Assembly: GCA_963723515.1 (NCBI GenBank)
Contig: CAVRQT010000002.1
Location: 32,001 to 96,000, forward strand
Reading direction: 5' to 3'
Length of the DNA stretch: 64,000 nucleotides
Source of the DNA: Vulcanimicrobiota bacterium
GTDB lineage: Bacteria > Vulcanimicrobiota > Vulcanimicrobiia > Vulcanimicrobiales > Vulcanimicrobiaceae
The translations under genes were made by a program, and so were the position numbers. The notes beneath the pieces were generated by a model. The model was not told the origin of the DNA, did no database searches, and worked only from the letters and a program-made list of their open reading frames with translations. Positions 50,575 to 61,518 of the stretch are shown here, one piece after another; positions within the stretch are counted from its first letter, which is position 1; the number at the start of each line of letters is the position of its first letter.

Positions 50575-52053
50575 CTAGCGTGAGTCGGGGATTTGCTCCA
50601 CGCGCGTCATGCGATCGCTTTCCACCAGACGGCCGAGCACGTCGAAGCCGCTGCTCACCTCTCCGAATACCGTGAAATCGCGATTTAAATGCAGTTGCGG
50701 CGAGAGGGTGATGTAAAATTGCGTCCCTGCTGAATCACGAATCGGGCTGTTGTCTTTGTAATTCAAGCCCATCGAAATAACGTAGCTGCGCTGCTCGAGC
50801 GGATTCTCTTCGGCGGGAATCGAGTAGCCGGCATCGCCCTCACCATTGTCACTTGGATCCCCGGTCTGCACGACAAAGTCGGGGACGATTCGGAACCAGC
50901 GCAGGCCATCGTAGTAGCCGCGGTTCGTGAGGTTCAAGAAGTTCTCGACCGTCAACGGCGCCCATTCGGGATAGAGCGTGAGGATCAGCGTGCCTTTCGT
51001 CGTGCGAATTCGAACGCGCGGGTGCGGTCCGGGCATCGGTCCATCCATGAGTGCGGACGTCGTCGGATGCAAACGCGGGCGCGTGATGATGCCTTGCGGA
51101 TCGGGGGCCGATGGTTTCCCGCTAAACGTCGGGCGTGGTAACGGCGCGATTTCCATGAAATTCTGCACGTGCACCGGCGGAACGTGAACGCCGGCAGGCA
51201 TCTCTTTCAGATGATCGGTGGGTGGCTCACCGCGCAGCGCTCGCATCGATTCGATCGTTTGCAGTTGCACGCGCCACGATGCATCATTGAGCAGCGGTTG
51301 CAGCGTCGAAAGCGCATCTTTGTTTTTTAGGCGACCGTACGCGCGAACGGCTTCAATGCGTACGAGCTCGTTACGATCGTGCAATGCGTTCGTCAAAATT
51401 TCGCGAGGAACACGGATCGCATATCCGCGGTAGATCGTCCACATGATGTGCCAGCGAACGTCATCATCGCGTTCGCGGGTGAAGGCGTTCGCAAGCTCGC
51501 GCGAGGCGAGATCGCCCATCAGTCCGGTCCGAAACGCTTCGAACGCCGCCGCCGCGCGACCCCGAACTCGCGGATCGCGATCCGCCTTCAGGGCGGCCAC
51601 AAGTGCCGACGCGGCTGACGATTCATCGTTACCGCGGAATCGTTGCGCAGCCTCATAGCGTGCAATCGCATCGATCGCCGCGACGCGAACCGCGGTCGAG
51701 CGGTCGCTGTTGACGTCGCTGATCAACGTCGGTGCGCTCGCGCCGTTTGCAATCAGGCCCAGACCATACACCGCCATAGCGCGGACGCCGTCATCTCGAT
51801 CGTGGATGTGGCGCTGGAGCAGCGACACGCCGTGCGGATCCTTCGTCCGCCCAATGGCGAGCGCAGCACGCGCTGCAATCGAGGAGTCCTTAGAGGCGAG
51901 ATAGCCGGCGAGCGCTCCTCTGCCAAGCGAGCGGGCTTTCTCGAGACCGGCCATCGACTGGTACGGGTCGGCTGCGCTGGCCAAGGCCGCCATTGCCACC
52001 ATGAGGGCAGCCGCCTTGAAGAGCACTGGGAGCGACCGATTGTTCAGAAACAT
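50575..52053 (-). CDS. Exported HEAT-repeat cyclophilin-type peptidyl-prolyl isomerase
   Basis: Signal peptide, HEAT repeats (VRAMAVYGLG, VRIEAVRAYG), then APLTVENF, FRIVPDFVVQTGDP, SAGTQFYI, FTVFGEV. Confidence 0.9.
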   Translation of the reverse strand: MFLNNRSLPVLFKAAALMVAMAALASAADPYQSMAGLEKARSLGRGALAGYLASKDSSIAARAALAIGRTKDPHGVSLLQRHIHDRDDGVRAMAVYGLGLIANGASAPTLISDVNSDRSTAVRVAAIDAIARYEAAQRFRGNDESSAASALVAALKADRDPRVRGRAAAAFEAFRTGLMGDLASRELANAFTRERDDDVRWHIMWTIYRGYAIRVPREILTNALHDRNELVRIEAVRAYGRLKNKDALSTLQPLLNDASWRVQLQTIESMRALRGEPPTDHLKEMPAGVHVPPVHVQNFMEIAPLPRPTFSGKPSAPDPQGIITRPRLHPTTSALMDGPMPGPHPRVRIRTTKGTLILTLYPEWAPLTVENFLNLTNRGYYDGLRWFRIVPDFVVQTGDPSDNGEGDAGYSIPAEENPLEQRSYVISMGLNYKDNSPIRDSAGTQFYITLSPQLHLNRDFTVFGEVSSGFDVLGRLVESDRMTRVEQIPDSR

Positions 52054-52147
52054 CTAACGTTCGGGTGGTTCAGTGCGTTGTAGTATATGGAGCACTCAAG
52101 TGCCGTCCTCCCAGGGCGGACCAACGGAAAGACAGGTTCAGCACACC

Positions 52148-52498
52148 ATGCCCAGCAGTCCCCAATCCAGAAAGAATGGCGGTATGACCGTCCGAGAGGC
52201 CGGTCAAAAAGGCGGCGAGACCGTCAAGAAAAAGTACGGCCCGGAGTTTTATGAAACGATCGGGCGCAAAGGCGGCCAGGCGACGAAGCTGGCTCACGGT
52301 CACGCCTTCTACGAACAAATCGGTAAGAAAGGCGGGAAGAAAGGCGGCGAAGCGACGCGCGACCGCTACGGCCCGAATTTCTACGAACAGATCGGACAAA
52401 AAGGTGGCCAAAAAGTCAAGCAACTCATCGAAGAAGGAAAGCGAGCTGCTGCGGCATCGCGCCGGGCGCAGAGCGCCGAAGAAAAGCGCGCGTCCTAA
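52148..52498 (+). CDS. KGG-repeat general stress protein (GsiB/Em-like)
   Basis: MTVREAGQKGG followed by repeated FYE(T/Q)IGxKGG units. Confidence 0.9.
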   Translation: MPSSPQSRKNGGMTVREAGQKGGETVKKKYGPEFYETIGRKGGQATKLAHGHAFYEQIGKKGGKKGGEATRDRYGPNFYEQIGQKGGQKVKQLIEEGKRAAAASRRAQSAEEKRAS

Positions 52499-52502
52499 CA
52501 CC

Positions 52503-53245
52503 TTGCGCTGGTTTCTTGTCTGCCTTGCGGCCGCATCTGCGGCCGCAATGAGTTTGCGGGCGATACCAACGCTTGCCGTCCCTGCACCCCAATCGTCACC
52601 CGGGTCGTCAGCGACGAGCGCGCCGACTGCGTTGCCGAGCGGCGCACGCGTCTTGCCGCTTGATTCGAGTGTGCTCTTCGTTCTCGACGACCGCATCGGC
52701 TCACGCGTTTCGCAGACGGGGACCGAAGCCCGCGCGCATCTCAAAGATCCGCTCGTTCTCGGCGGCATCACCGTAGCACCCGCCGGCACGCCCGTACGGA
52801 TAAAGATTACCGACGTCCATGGCGCACAGGCGCCCGATGTTGACGGGTCGATTGACATTCTGTTTGAGCCGATGCGGCTTGCGAATCAGACGCAACTGCC
52901 CTTACGTACGCCGACCGCGCATGTAACCGTTCATGTTACGGCCGGCGAAGCATCGACCGCCGGCGTCGCGGACACGATCAAAGACATCTTCATTCCTTAC
53001 CACTATCTCTATCGGCTCTTCCGCAAAGGGGCAGAACTCGATTTGCGCCCGGAACGATTTTGCGAGCGCGCACCGCGGCGGTCGTCAGAGTTGCAGGCGG
53101 CCTGGTCAGCGTCGTCGCCCCGCCGCCGTTTCACTTGAGCGTCGATCAACCGCACGCGCATTTTTCGCCGCTGCCTTTCTTGACGGTGGCGCCGAAGATC
53201 ACTCCGTCCCCAAGGCCGCGACCGCAGGCAACGCCGCCGCAGTAG
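52503..53245 (+). CDS. Exported hypothetical beta-rich protein (frameshift near 53050)
   Basis: TTG start, signal peptide, VAPAGTPV; adding one base restores LDLRPGTILRART. Confidence 0.6.
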
Positions 53246-53259
53246 TCCAAGAGCGCTTG

Positions 53260-53928
53260 ATGATGATCAAGCGCTTTATTCTTACGTTCGCGATCGCCGC
53301 CGGCGCCGTATCGATGCTGGCGGCAGCACCGAAACTTTCCGGAAAGCCGGTTGGCGCCGAAGTGCAATTCATTCGTTCGATCCAGGCTGACTTAATGCGC
53401 CGCTTCCCGACCGCGGCCGATGCCGAGAAAGCCGGCTATATCCGCTACACCGATGAGGATTCGACCGGCGCAATCAGCTACGCGAACCGGCAATGGGAAT
53501 CCGCGGATCCTCAGCACCCGAGCCAATTGTGGTACGACGTCAAAGGGAATTTGCTCGGCGCCGATTTCTCCGTGCTGCAATCAAAGAGCAGCGGTGCGCC
53601 GCACCTTTGGGGCGTCGATCCGTCGCGCTGGATCAAAATTCCGGCACACGTGCATTACATAACGGTCGACTCGAACACAAAACAGCCCGCATACAGCGGC
53701 ATGCGAATGAGCCGGTTTACGGCAGCGGGCGGGGATCCGGCGAATCCAACCGCTGCTGCGCTCGTGAAAGCGGGCGTCGTCAAAGATGCAAGCGCCGTGC
53801 AAACGGTCTTTCTCTTTCCCGCGATTTGGGATCTGATCGTGTGGGTCAAGCCGAATCCGCTCGGCGCATTCGCCGAGAAAAACCCGAACGTCATTCCAAG
53901 CAAGAACGCCGAGAAGGGCAGTATGTAA
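53260..53928 (+). CDS. Secreted hypothetical protein
   Basis: Signal peptide MMIKRFILTFAIAAG; conserved-looking AEKAGY, PSQLWY, WVKPNPLGAFAEKNP. Confidence 0.75.
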   Translation: MMIKRFILTFAIAAGAVSMLAAAPKLSGKPVGAEVQFIRSIQADLMRRFPTAADAEKAGYIRYTDEDSTGAISYANRQWESADPQHPSQLWYDVKGNLLGADFSVLQSKSSGAPHLWGVDPSRWIKIPAHVHYITVDSNTKQPAYSGMRMSRFTAAGGDPANPTAAALVKAGVVKDASAVQTVFLFPAIWDLIVWVKPNPLGAFAEKNPNVIPSKNAEKGSM

Positions 53929-53937
53929 CGCCCTAGG

Positions 53938-54606
53938 TTAACAGAACTTCTCGAGGACCGTTTGCGCGTATTGCGCCGAGCGCACTTCCGCGTCACGCAA
54001 GCGATCGCGCATCCCATCGAAGCGCAGATACGACTTGATGTCCTTCGCTTCGGTTGGCATCTGCAAATCCTGGAGCGAGATGCCGCCGATCGGTTGCCCA
54101 GTCAAGTAACGCGGATGAATACCGGCGTAGTCGATCATCGCCTGCACCAGTCCGAAGACGTCGGTTGACATCTGCTTCTGCTTATCGAGCGCGCGCTGCA
54201 TCTCTTGCGCTAGCATGTGGATGTCCGAAGAACGTTCGGGATCGGTTGAGAAGGTTTGCGCTTCTCGCAGCGAGTTGATCTCGCGCTGAATGACCACGTT
54301 ATTTTGCTGCATAGTCGTGACGTAGTGTTCGAGCCTAAGCCGCTCGTCGTAGAACTGCTCCTCCCAATCGATCTTTGAGAAGAGATTGTTGACGTTGTCG
54401 AGCGAGACGCTAATCCGGTCCAGCGTAAAATCGTTTTGCAACAACGGATGGACCGCACCGTTAAAGTGGTTGTAGAACGCCGTGCAATACGGCGTCGAGC
54501 GCACGGACCCGATTTCTTTGAGGGGCGGGCCGGGGCTTGGGGCAGGGACCGGTGACGCGACCGGCGCGGAAATCACGGCCAGCGTCAGAATGAGGCGGGC
54601 GATCAA
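53938..54606 (-). CDS. Secreted hypothetical helical protein
   Basis: Signal peptide, Pro-rich linker, Cys near each end. Confidence 0.7.
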   Translation of the reverse strand: MIARLILTLAVISAPVASPVPAPSPGPPLKEIGSVRSTPYCTAFYNHFNGAVHPLLQNDFTLDRISVSLDNVNNLFSKIDWEEQFYDERLRLEHYVTTMQQNNVVIQREINSLREAQTFSTDPERSSDIHMLAQEMQRALDKQKQMSTDVFGLVQAMIDYAGIHPRYLTGQPIGGISLQDLQMPTEAKDIKSYLRFDGMRDRLRDAEVRSAQYAQTVLEKFC

Positions 54607-54616
54607 CTCTTAAGCG

Positions 54617-55786
54617 CTATTCGTTGCTCCAGTAATCCTTTAACGCTTTGCCGCGTGAGGGGTGACGCAGTTTGCGCAACGCTTTGGCTTCGATCTGACG
54701 GATCCGTTCGCGCGTCACGCCGAACTCCTGACCGACCTCTTCGAGCGTTCTCTGATGGCCGTCTTCAAGTCCGAAGCGCAGCACGAGCACCTTGCGCTCG
54801 CGCTCCGTCAAATTTTGCAGCACGTCGGCCATCTTCTCTTTGAGCAGCATCACTGAGGCGGCTTCGGCGGGCGCGACGGCTTCCTGATCTTCGATGAAGT
54901 CGCCGAGATGCGAATCTTCCTCTTCGCCAATCGGCGTCTCGAGCGAGATGGGCTCCTGCGAAATCTTGATCACGTCGCGCACTTTCTCCGGCGTTAAGCC
55001 CATCTCGGAGGCGATCTCTTCAACGGAGGGATCGCGACCAAGTTCTTGCAGCAGTTGCCGCGAGATCTTGATCAAGCGATTGATCGTCTCAACCATGTGG
55101 ACGGGAATCCGGATCGTACGCGCTTGATCGGCGAGCGCGCGCGTAATTGCTTGGCGTATCCACCAGGTCGCGTACGTAGAAAACTTATAGCCCTTGCGGT
55201 AGTCGAATTTTTCAACGGCTCGGATCAGCCCTAAGTTGCCTTCTTGAATCAAATCCAAGAACAGCATGCCGCGGCCGACATATTTTTTGGCAATCGAGAC
55301 GACGAGCCGCAAATTGGCTTCGGTCAATTGGCGCTTCGCCTCTTCGCCGCGGACGACGATCGCGGAATTCGCAGCGCCGTCTTTGAGCGCTTCAAGCTCA
55401 CCGGACTCGATGCGCATCGCTAAACTTCTCTCATCTTCCATTGTAAGCAGCGGCACGCGTCCGATCTCTTTAAGATACATTCGGACCGGATCGTCCAAGG
55501 CCAAACCGGCCTGAATCGCGGTCTCGTCACTGTCGTCTTCCGAGTCGGATTTTTCAGCTTTTTGCTCGTCGCCGACCTCAATGCCGGCAGCGGCAACCTC
55601 TTCAAAGAGATCGTCCAAACGCTCGGGGCTGACGTCTTCAACATTTTCAAAGACCGCATTGATCTCTTCATACGTCAGCGAACCGCGTTTCTTGCCGCGC
55701 TCGATTAGCTTGCGGATCTGCTCTTCCAATGGCGCGGGCGGCATTGCTTCAACGGTGGCAGCAGCGCCGGATTTCTTGCGAGCCAT
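54617..55786 (-). CDS. rpoD: Primary sigma factor RpoD/SigA
   Basis: [46 protein letters not shown]; ribosome-binding site AAAGGAGGTGA. Confidence 0.97.
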   Translation of the reverse strand: MARKKSGAAATVEAMPPAPLEEQIRKLIERGKKRGSLTYEEINAVFENVEDVSPERLDDLFEEVAAAGIEVGDEQKAEKSDSEDDSDETAIQAGLALDDPVRMYLKEIGRVPLLTMEDERSLAMRIESGELEALKDGAANSAIVVRGEEAKRQLTEANLRLVVSIAKKYVGRGMLFLDLIQEGNLGLIRAVEKFDYRKGYKFSTYATWWIRQAITRALADQARTIRIPVHMVETINRLIKISRQLLQELGRDPSVEEIASEMGLTPEKVRDVIKISQEPISLETPIGEEEDSHLGDFIEDQEAVAPAEAASVMLLKEKMADVLQNLTERERKVLVLRFGLEDGHQRTLEEVGQEFGVTRERIRQIEAKALRKLRHPSRGKALKDYWSNE

Positions 55787-55919
55787 AATTACTTCTTCAC
55801 CTCCTTTCAAATTGGCAACGCACTTCGCGCGATTGCCCCCCGTTTGGCAGCGCCCTTCTCGCTTGCCTAGCGGCCCGCCAGGCACTAAGCCTTTTGAAGA
55901 GTCGCAGGCGGGAACCCCG

Positions 55920-57713
55920 TCATTTCTTCAGCTTTGCGACGAGCGTGTCATAGTCGTTACGCACATTAGCCGGTACATCTTTCCCAGCGCCGACCAGCTC
56001 GTCGATTTCGCGGGACAGTTCCTGATAACGTTGTTTTTCGACCTCGAGTTGCAGCCGATCGATAATCCGTTCCAGGTGCCTGCGCCGCTCTTCACTGTCG
56101 GCATAGCGAACGGTCGAGCTTCGATCGGGCTTCTGCAGGCCGGAAAGCACCGCCGTCATCTCGGGATCATCGGCAAAAATCCCATAAATGTCGGCGCTTG
56201 TGCCCAGACGCGGCGCTTCTTCTTGCAGCCGTTCATAGATTTTCCGGTAGACGTCATTGAGAAAGCGGCTCGGCGGCGGAAGTTCCGCGCCATAGTCTAC
56301 GAGGAGAGTGGGCTCCTCTAAAACGATCGCTAAAATTTCGCGCTCGTACGACGAGGGCTGAAAACTCGGAGCAGCATGGCGGCTGCCCAGCCTCACCGGT
56401 CCGCGCGGCGCGAAGTTCGCCGCATTGGCGAGAAAGCGGCTGTTGCGAAGATCATTCGGGTTCACCTTAAGGCGACCCGCGACGTAAACGCGCCACCGGT
56501 CCCATTCCGCAACCGGCGTCATCTCTCGGATAAGGGTCTCGCCTTTGCGCGCGATTGCGCTCGGTGAATCAAAGCCCGACTGAAATCGCAGGAGCTCGCG
56601 CTCCAATCGAAATTCAATCGCCGGCTTCGATTCTTCGAGCAAAGAGCGGAACGCCTGAGCGCCGTGCGCGCGCACAAAACTATCGGGATCCTCATCCTTC
56701 GGCAGCAGAACAATGCGAACGGAGGAGCCGGCGTTTTCAATCACGCGCAGCGCGGTATCTATCGCCTTCTCCGCAGCGGCGCTGCCTGCCGCATCCGCAT
56801 CGAAACAGACGTAAATGTGCTCCGCGTACTTGCGAAGCTGTCGCGCTTGGTCTTCCGTAAACGACGTCCCTAGCGAGGCAACGGCATTTTCGAAACCCGC
56901 TTGATGCAGCGCGATACAGTCGAGATAGCCTTCGACGACGATCAGCGCACCTTCGGCCGCCGCTGCGCGACGCGCCAAGTTGAGCGCAAAGACGTGGTGA
57001 CCTTTCGTGTACACCGGCGTCGTTGCGGTATTGACGTATTTTTGCTCCGCATCGCCCAAGGCGCGGCCGCCGAAAGCGATGATCTCGCCGGTCGTGGCAA
57101 GTGTCGGAATCATGAGGCGGTTGCGATAGAAATCGTAAAAGCCGCCGCTTTGACGCGGTTTGATGAGTCCCGCCTTCGCCGCAAGCGCGAGATCGATTCC
57201 GCCTGCGCGCAGTTCATTAACCAGCGAATCCCAGCTCTCAGGCGCATATCCCAACGAAAAGCGCTCGACCGTCGCAGCGGTGATGCCTCGCTGCTCACAA
57301 TAACGCCGCGCCTGCGCGCCTTCTTCGCTTGCCAACGCGCGCGCAAAGAATGTCGCGGCAACTTTGTTCGCTTCGTAGATCGTCTCTCGTTCGCTCCGGC
57401 GCCGCGCGTCGACCGGCGTCTCAGCCGAAAGTTCGATTCCGGCGCGTGTCGCCAAGACGCGCGCAGCATCGGGAAAGGCGAGATTTTCCATGCGCATCAT
57501 GAAGCCGATCGCATCACCTGAGGCGCCGCAGCCGAAACACTTGAAATAGCCTTCTTGCGGGTGAACGTGGAACGACGGAGTTCGTTCGCTGTGAAATGGA
57601 CAGAGACCGACGAGATCGCGGCCCGCTTTACGCAATGAAACGAACGAACCGACTAAGCTCGCGAGGTCGGTCCGCGCATGAATCTCGCGAATGGTCGTTG
57701 AGTCGATCCGCAT
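55920..57713 (-). CDS. dnaG: DNA primase
   Basis: [11 protein letters not shown]...CFGC zinc finger, [21 protein letters not shown]. Confidence 0.97.
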   Translation of the reverse strand: MRIDSTTIREIHARTDLASLVGSFVSLRKAGRDLVGLCPFHSERTPSFHVHPQEGYFKCFGCGASGDAIGFMMRMENLAFPDAARVLATRAGIELSAETPVDARRRSERETIYEANKVAATFFARALASEEGAQARRYCEQRGITAATVERFSLGYAPESWDSLVNELRAGGIDLALAAKAGLIKPRQSGGFYDFYRNRLMIPTLATTGEIIAFGGRALGDAEQKYVNTATTPVYTKGHHVFALNLARRAAAAEGALIVVEGYLDCIALHQAGFENAVASLGTSFTEDQARQLRKYAEHIYVCFDADAAGSAAAEKAIDTALRVIENAGSSVRIVLLPKDEDPDSFVRAHGAQAFRSLLEESKPAIEFRLERELLRFQSGFDSPSAIARKGETLIREMTPVAEWDRWRVYVAGRLKVNPNDLRNSRFLANAANFAPRGPVRLGSRHAAPSFQPSSYEREILAIVLEEPTLLVDYGAELPPPSRFLNDVYRKIYERLQEEAPRLGTSADIYGIFADDPEMTAVLSGLQKPDRSSTVRYADSEERRRHLERIIDRLQLEVEKQRYQELSREIDELVGAGKDVPANVRNDYDTLVAKLKK

Positions 57714-57771
57714 TGCTGCCGCGAAGGTCAGTTCGCCGGAGTGTCGGCGCTTACCCACGAAAGTGCGCGCG

Positions 57772-58980
57772 GTGAAGCGGATTTTCGATCCGATCCACCA
57801 TTTTATTGAGCTATCCACAGCCGAGGCGAAGCTGCTCGATTCCGACGTGATGCAGCGGATGCGTCGTTTGCGTCAGCTCGGGCTGGCTTATCTGGCCTTT
57901 CCTTCCGCCGAGCATTCGCGCTTCAGTCATGCGCTCGGGGCGTTGGCCGCCGGCACACGTGTTTTCGAAACGCTCGTCAGATACTCAGCAGAAGCATTTA
58001 CCGACCAAGATGATATTGACTATCAGCGCCGGCTCTTGCGCGCCGCGCTCCTATTGCATGACATCGGACATGGCCCATACAGTCACGCATGCGAAGCGGT
58101 GCTCGGCATCCGGCATGAACAACGAACGCAGGCGCTCATCGAGCTTCCGCACATGCGTGAATTGATTGCGGCCTTGGAGGTGGATCCGGCCGACGTTCTC
58201 TCGCTGATCGTCGGTAAGGGAGGCGATCGGCATCGCGTCTTAGCGGAGATCGTCAGCGGTCCCAACTTAGACGCCGACCGCATGGATTATCTATTGCGCG
58301 ACGCGTACTTTACGGGGGTTGCGACCGGCCACTATGACAGCGAACAGCTCTTCGGTTCGGTGCGGATCTATCACGATTCGGGGCAGGCGATTTTGGGAGT
58401 CGACAGCCGCGGCGTCGTTGCGTTAGAGTCGTTCGTGTTGGCTCGTTACATGATGTTTGCCACCGTGTACTTTCATCACACCACACGGATGTACGAACGG
58501 ATTTTGCAAGAAGCGTTGCGCGAATTGTGGCCGAATCCACGGTCGCTCGATGATATTCAAGAATTCCTGCGCTGGGACGATGCGCGCGTGATGACCGAGC
58601 TTGAACGGCTTGATTCCGATGCGGCGCGTGCATTGCGCGGGCGCATTCGCGTGTACGCGCTCGCTGCGGAGTTCAATGCGGAGGACGACTTAGGTGTCTT
58701 CGAGACCTGCGATGCCGCCCTGCGCTCGCGATGGAACGGCGCCGTCTGGGCGGATTCGCAAGAACAGTTGATGCATCGTCTCCCACTCGGCTCCGACGAT
58801 CGGCGCGCGACGGTGATGGTTGGGACGGGCGATTCGTTCGTGGATGCGCGCGAAGCATCCGATTTGATCAAGCGGCTCGCCGAACACGCGTACTGGCGTA
58901 AACTCTTCGTTCGCCGCGATCAAGTGGAGGTCGAAGCGGCGCGAGAAATATGTCGGACGATCATCAAGGCGCAGCGTTGA
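57772..58980 (+). CDS. HD-domain phosphohydrolase (SAMHD1/YwfO-like)
   Basis: DPIH, RLRQLG, HSRFSH, LLHDIGHGPYSH, DADRMDYLLRD, VYFH. Confidence 0.9.
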   Translation: MKRIFDPIHHFIELSTAEAKLLDSDVMQRMRRLRQLGLAYLAFPSAEHSRFSHALGALAAGTRVFETLVRYSAEAFTDQDDIDYQRRLLRAALLLHDIGHGPYSHACEAVLGIRHEQRTQALIELPHMRELIAALEVDPADVLSLIVGKGGDRHRVLAEIVSGPNLDADRMDYLLRDAYFTGVATGHYDSEQLFGSVRIYHDSGQAILGVDSRGVVALESFVLARYMMFATVYFHHTTRMYERILQEALRELWPNPRSLDDIQEFLRWDDARVMTELERLDSDAARALRGRIRVYALAAEFNAEDDLGVFETCDAALRSRWNGAVWADSQEQLMHRLPLGSDDRRATVMVGTGDSFVDAREASDLIKRLAEHAYWRKLFVRRDQVEVEAAREICRTIIKAQR

Positions 58981-61485
58981 TGCGCCGCTCAACGAAGATC
59001 TTCGCCGCTTTCACGCTCGCGAGCATCGTCGCAAGCACGGCGCTATTGCCGGCGTTCTCAAAGCCGCCCAAAGTTCATCCCCGTCCCTTTGGACGAGGCC
59101 ACGCATACGTTCACCAGACCCAGATTGCGCCGTATCGATTCGAGAAGCAGACGATCAAAGCACGTTTTAACGTTCATGCCGGTACGCTCGATGCGATAAC
59201 GACGAGCATCATGGTTGCGAAGCATGACGGATTAACGAGCGTTCCGTTTGATTCGCTCGGCCTGCACTATAACAGCGTCACGCTGAACGGCTCGCCGGTG
59301 CGCTTTCATACGACGCCGAATCGACTCTACATTGATTTGCCGTCGCCCGCAAAATCGGGCGAACGCATGATCGTTGCGGCCGCGTATAGCGCAAGACCGA
59401 GCAGCGGCGTCTATTTCATGCGGCCGGATCGTTTCTATCCCCACTATCAGCCGGAGATATGGTCGCAAGGCGAGGCCGAGGACAATCGGCGATGGTTTCC
59501 AACCTGGGACGAGCCGAACGAAAAGACGCCGACCGAGCTCATTTTGACCGTTCCGCATGGTTGGAGCGTCGTCGCAAATGGCGCGCTTCTCTCGCACCGC
59601 GACGATGGACGGTATGCAACGTGGGATTGGCTCGAACGCCATCCGCATTCGACGTATCTGACGGCCTTTGTCGCCGGTCCCTATGTGAAGTTGCTGGACG
59701 CGCTGGGATCGCTTCCGGTCAACTACTACGTCTCAAAAGAGGATGCAAATTTGGGACGGCTGTGCTTTGGACGCACGCCCGCGATGATCGCGTTCTTTCA
59801 AGAGAAGATCGGTGTGCCGTTTCCCTGGGAGAAGTATTCGCAGAGCGCGGTCGAGCGCTTTACCGCGGGCGGCATGGAGAACGCTTCGGCAACGACGGAA
59901 ACCGAAACCGCGATTCATCCGCCCGAAGCTGAACTGACGAATTCGTGCGAGGGGCTCGTCTCGCATGAACTCGCGCATCAATGGTGGGGCGACGACGTCA
60001 CGACTGTCGATTGGCCTAACATCTGGATCAACGAAGGCTTCGCAACGTACTTTCAGGAGCTGTGGTTTGAACATCGCTTCGGAGAGGCGGAGTTTCAGTA
60101 CCAGCGTTACCACGCGCAGCAGAGTTACTTCAGAGAAACGAAACGCTACTGGCGTCCGATCGTTGATTACGATTATGCGCAGGCCTTTGATCTCTTCGAT
60201 GCCAGCGGCTATCAGCGGCCGGCGCAGGTTCTCCACATGCTGCGCTATCTGCTCGGCGAACATGCATTTTGGAAATCTCTGCACGATTATCTGGTCGCAT
60301 ATCAATGGAAGAACGCCGATACGCGACAGTTCGAAGCGGCGATCGAGAAGTCGAGCGGCCGCGACCTGCGCTGGTTTTTCGACGAGTGGTTCTTCCGGCC
60401 GGCCTATCCGAATTTCATCGTCGGTCAAACATACGATGCGCGGCGAAAACTGTTAACGCTCGACGTTCGGCAGCACAACCACGATGGCCGGCCCTTCACG
60501 ATGCCGGTCGCGATCACGATCCAAACGGCGAAAAACGTGCGGAACGTTCACTTCAGCGCCCACGCGCTCCATCAAACACTTTCGCTTAACGGCGTCGCGA
60601 GCGCCCCTCTGATGGTGCTCTTCGATCCGGATAACAACCTCGTTCGTAAGCTCACCTTTGCGAAGTCTATTGCGGAATTGCGTTATCAGGCGCGCAATGC
60701 GCCCAGCGTTGCGGATCGGCTCTGGGCAATCGATCAATTGGGAAATTCCCGCAAGAGCGGATCGTGATGCGGCCCGTGCAGCGGTACGCGATGCAATCGC
60801 GCACGATCCGTTCTACGGCGTGCGTGTCGATGCGCTCGATGCAGCTACTTCGCTCGACGATGCCCTCGCGGTCGATGTCGCGCTCAACGATCGTGACCCG
60901 CGCGTCGCTGTCGCCGCCGGCAACGCCGTCGCGGATCTCGACCATCCACAAGAGGGCTCGCTCGTCGCGGATCTCCGGCGTCTGGCTTCTTCTTCGAATC
61001 CCGTGATTGCGGGCGCAGCGCTGCATGGGCTCGGTGCAACAAAGGCGCCTGGTGCGTATGCAATCCTTGTCGACGGATTGCAGCAGCATGTTTTTCATGA
61101 ATACATCGCCCGCGGTGCTGTCGCCGGCTTCGGCGAGTTGAAAGATCTGCGCGCCGTGCCGCTGGTTGAAGCGCACAGCGGGTACGGCATTGATGAACTG
61201 GAGCGGTCCGATGCGATTCACGCGCTGGGCGAGCTTGCAAAAGATAAACCGCCGCTCGTCGTGCCGTTTCTGATCAAAATCGCAAGCCACGATCCATATT
61301 TCCGAGCCCGCACCGCGGCGGTTCAAACGCTTGGAAAGCTCGGCGATCCCGCTGCGATTCCGGCGCTCGAACGCATTGAAGACAACGACACGGAGTCGAG
61401 CGTGCGCAACAACGCTTGGGATGCCGTGGCGGATATTCGCGACGCCGTCAAAGCCAAGCACGAAAAGAAAACCGCGGCGCGTTAG
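58980..61485 (+). CDS. Secreted M1 aminopeptidase N with C-terminal HEAT repeats (frameshift near 60750)
   Basis: Signal peptide, GGMEN, HELAH...NEGFA. HEAT repeats continue in the 60658-61485 frame. Confidence 0.9.
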
Positions 61486-61518
61486 ACGCCGCGGTCAGAG
61501 TGCAGACGATTTAGAGAG

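Noticed and set aside
52180..52420. DNA tandem repeats as an array
   Set aside because: They are in-frame KGG protein repeats.
57772..58980. HD protein as an anti-phage dNTPase in a defence island
   Set aside because: The context is housekeeping (dnaG-rpoD), with no defence or mobile genes nearby.
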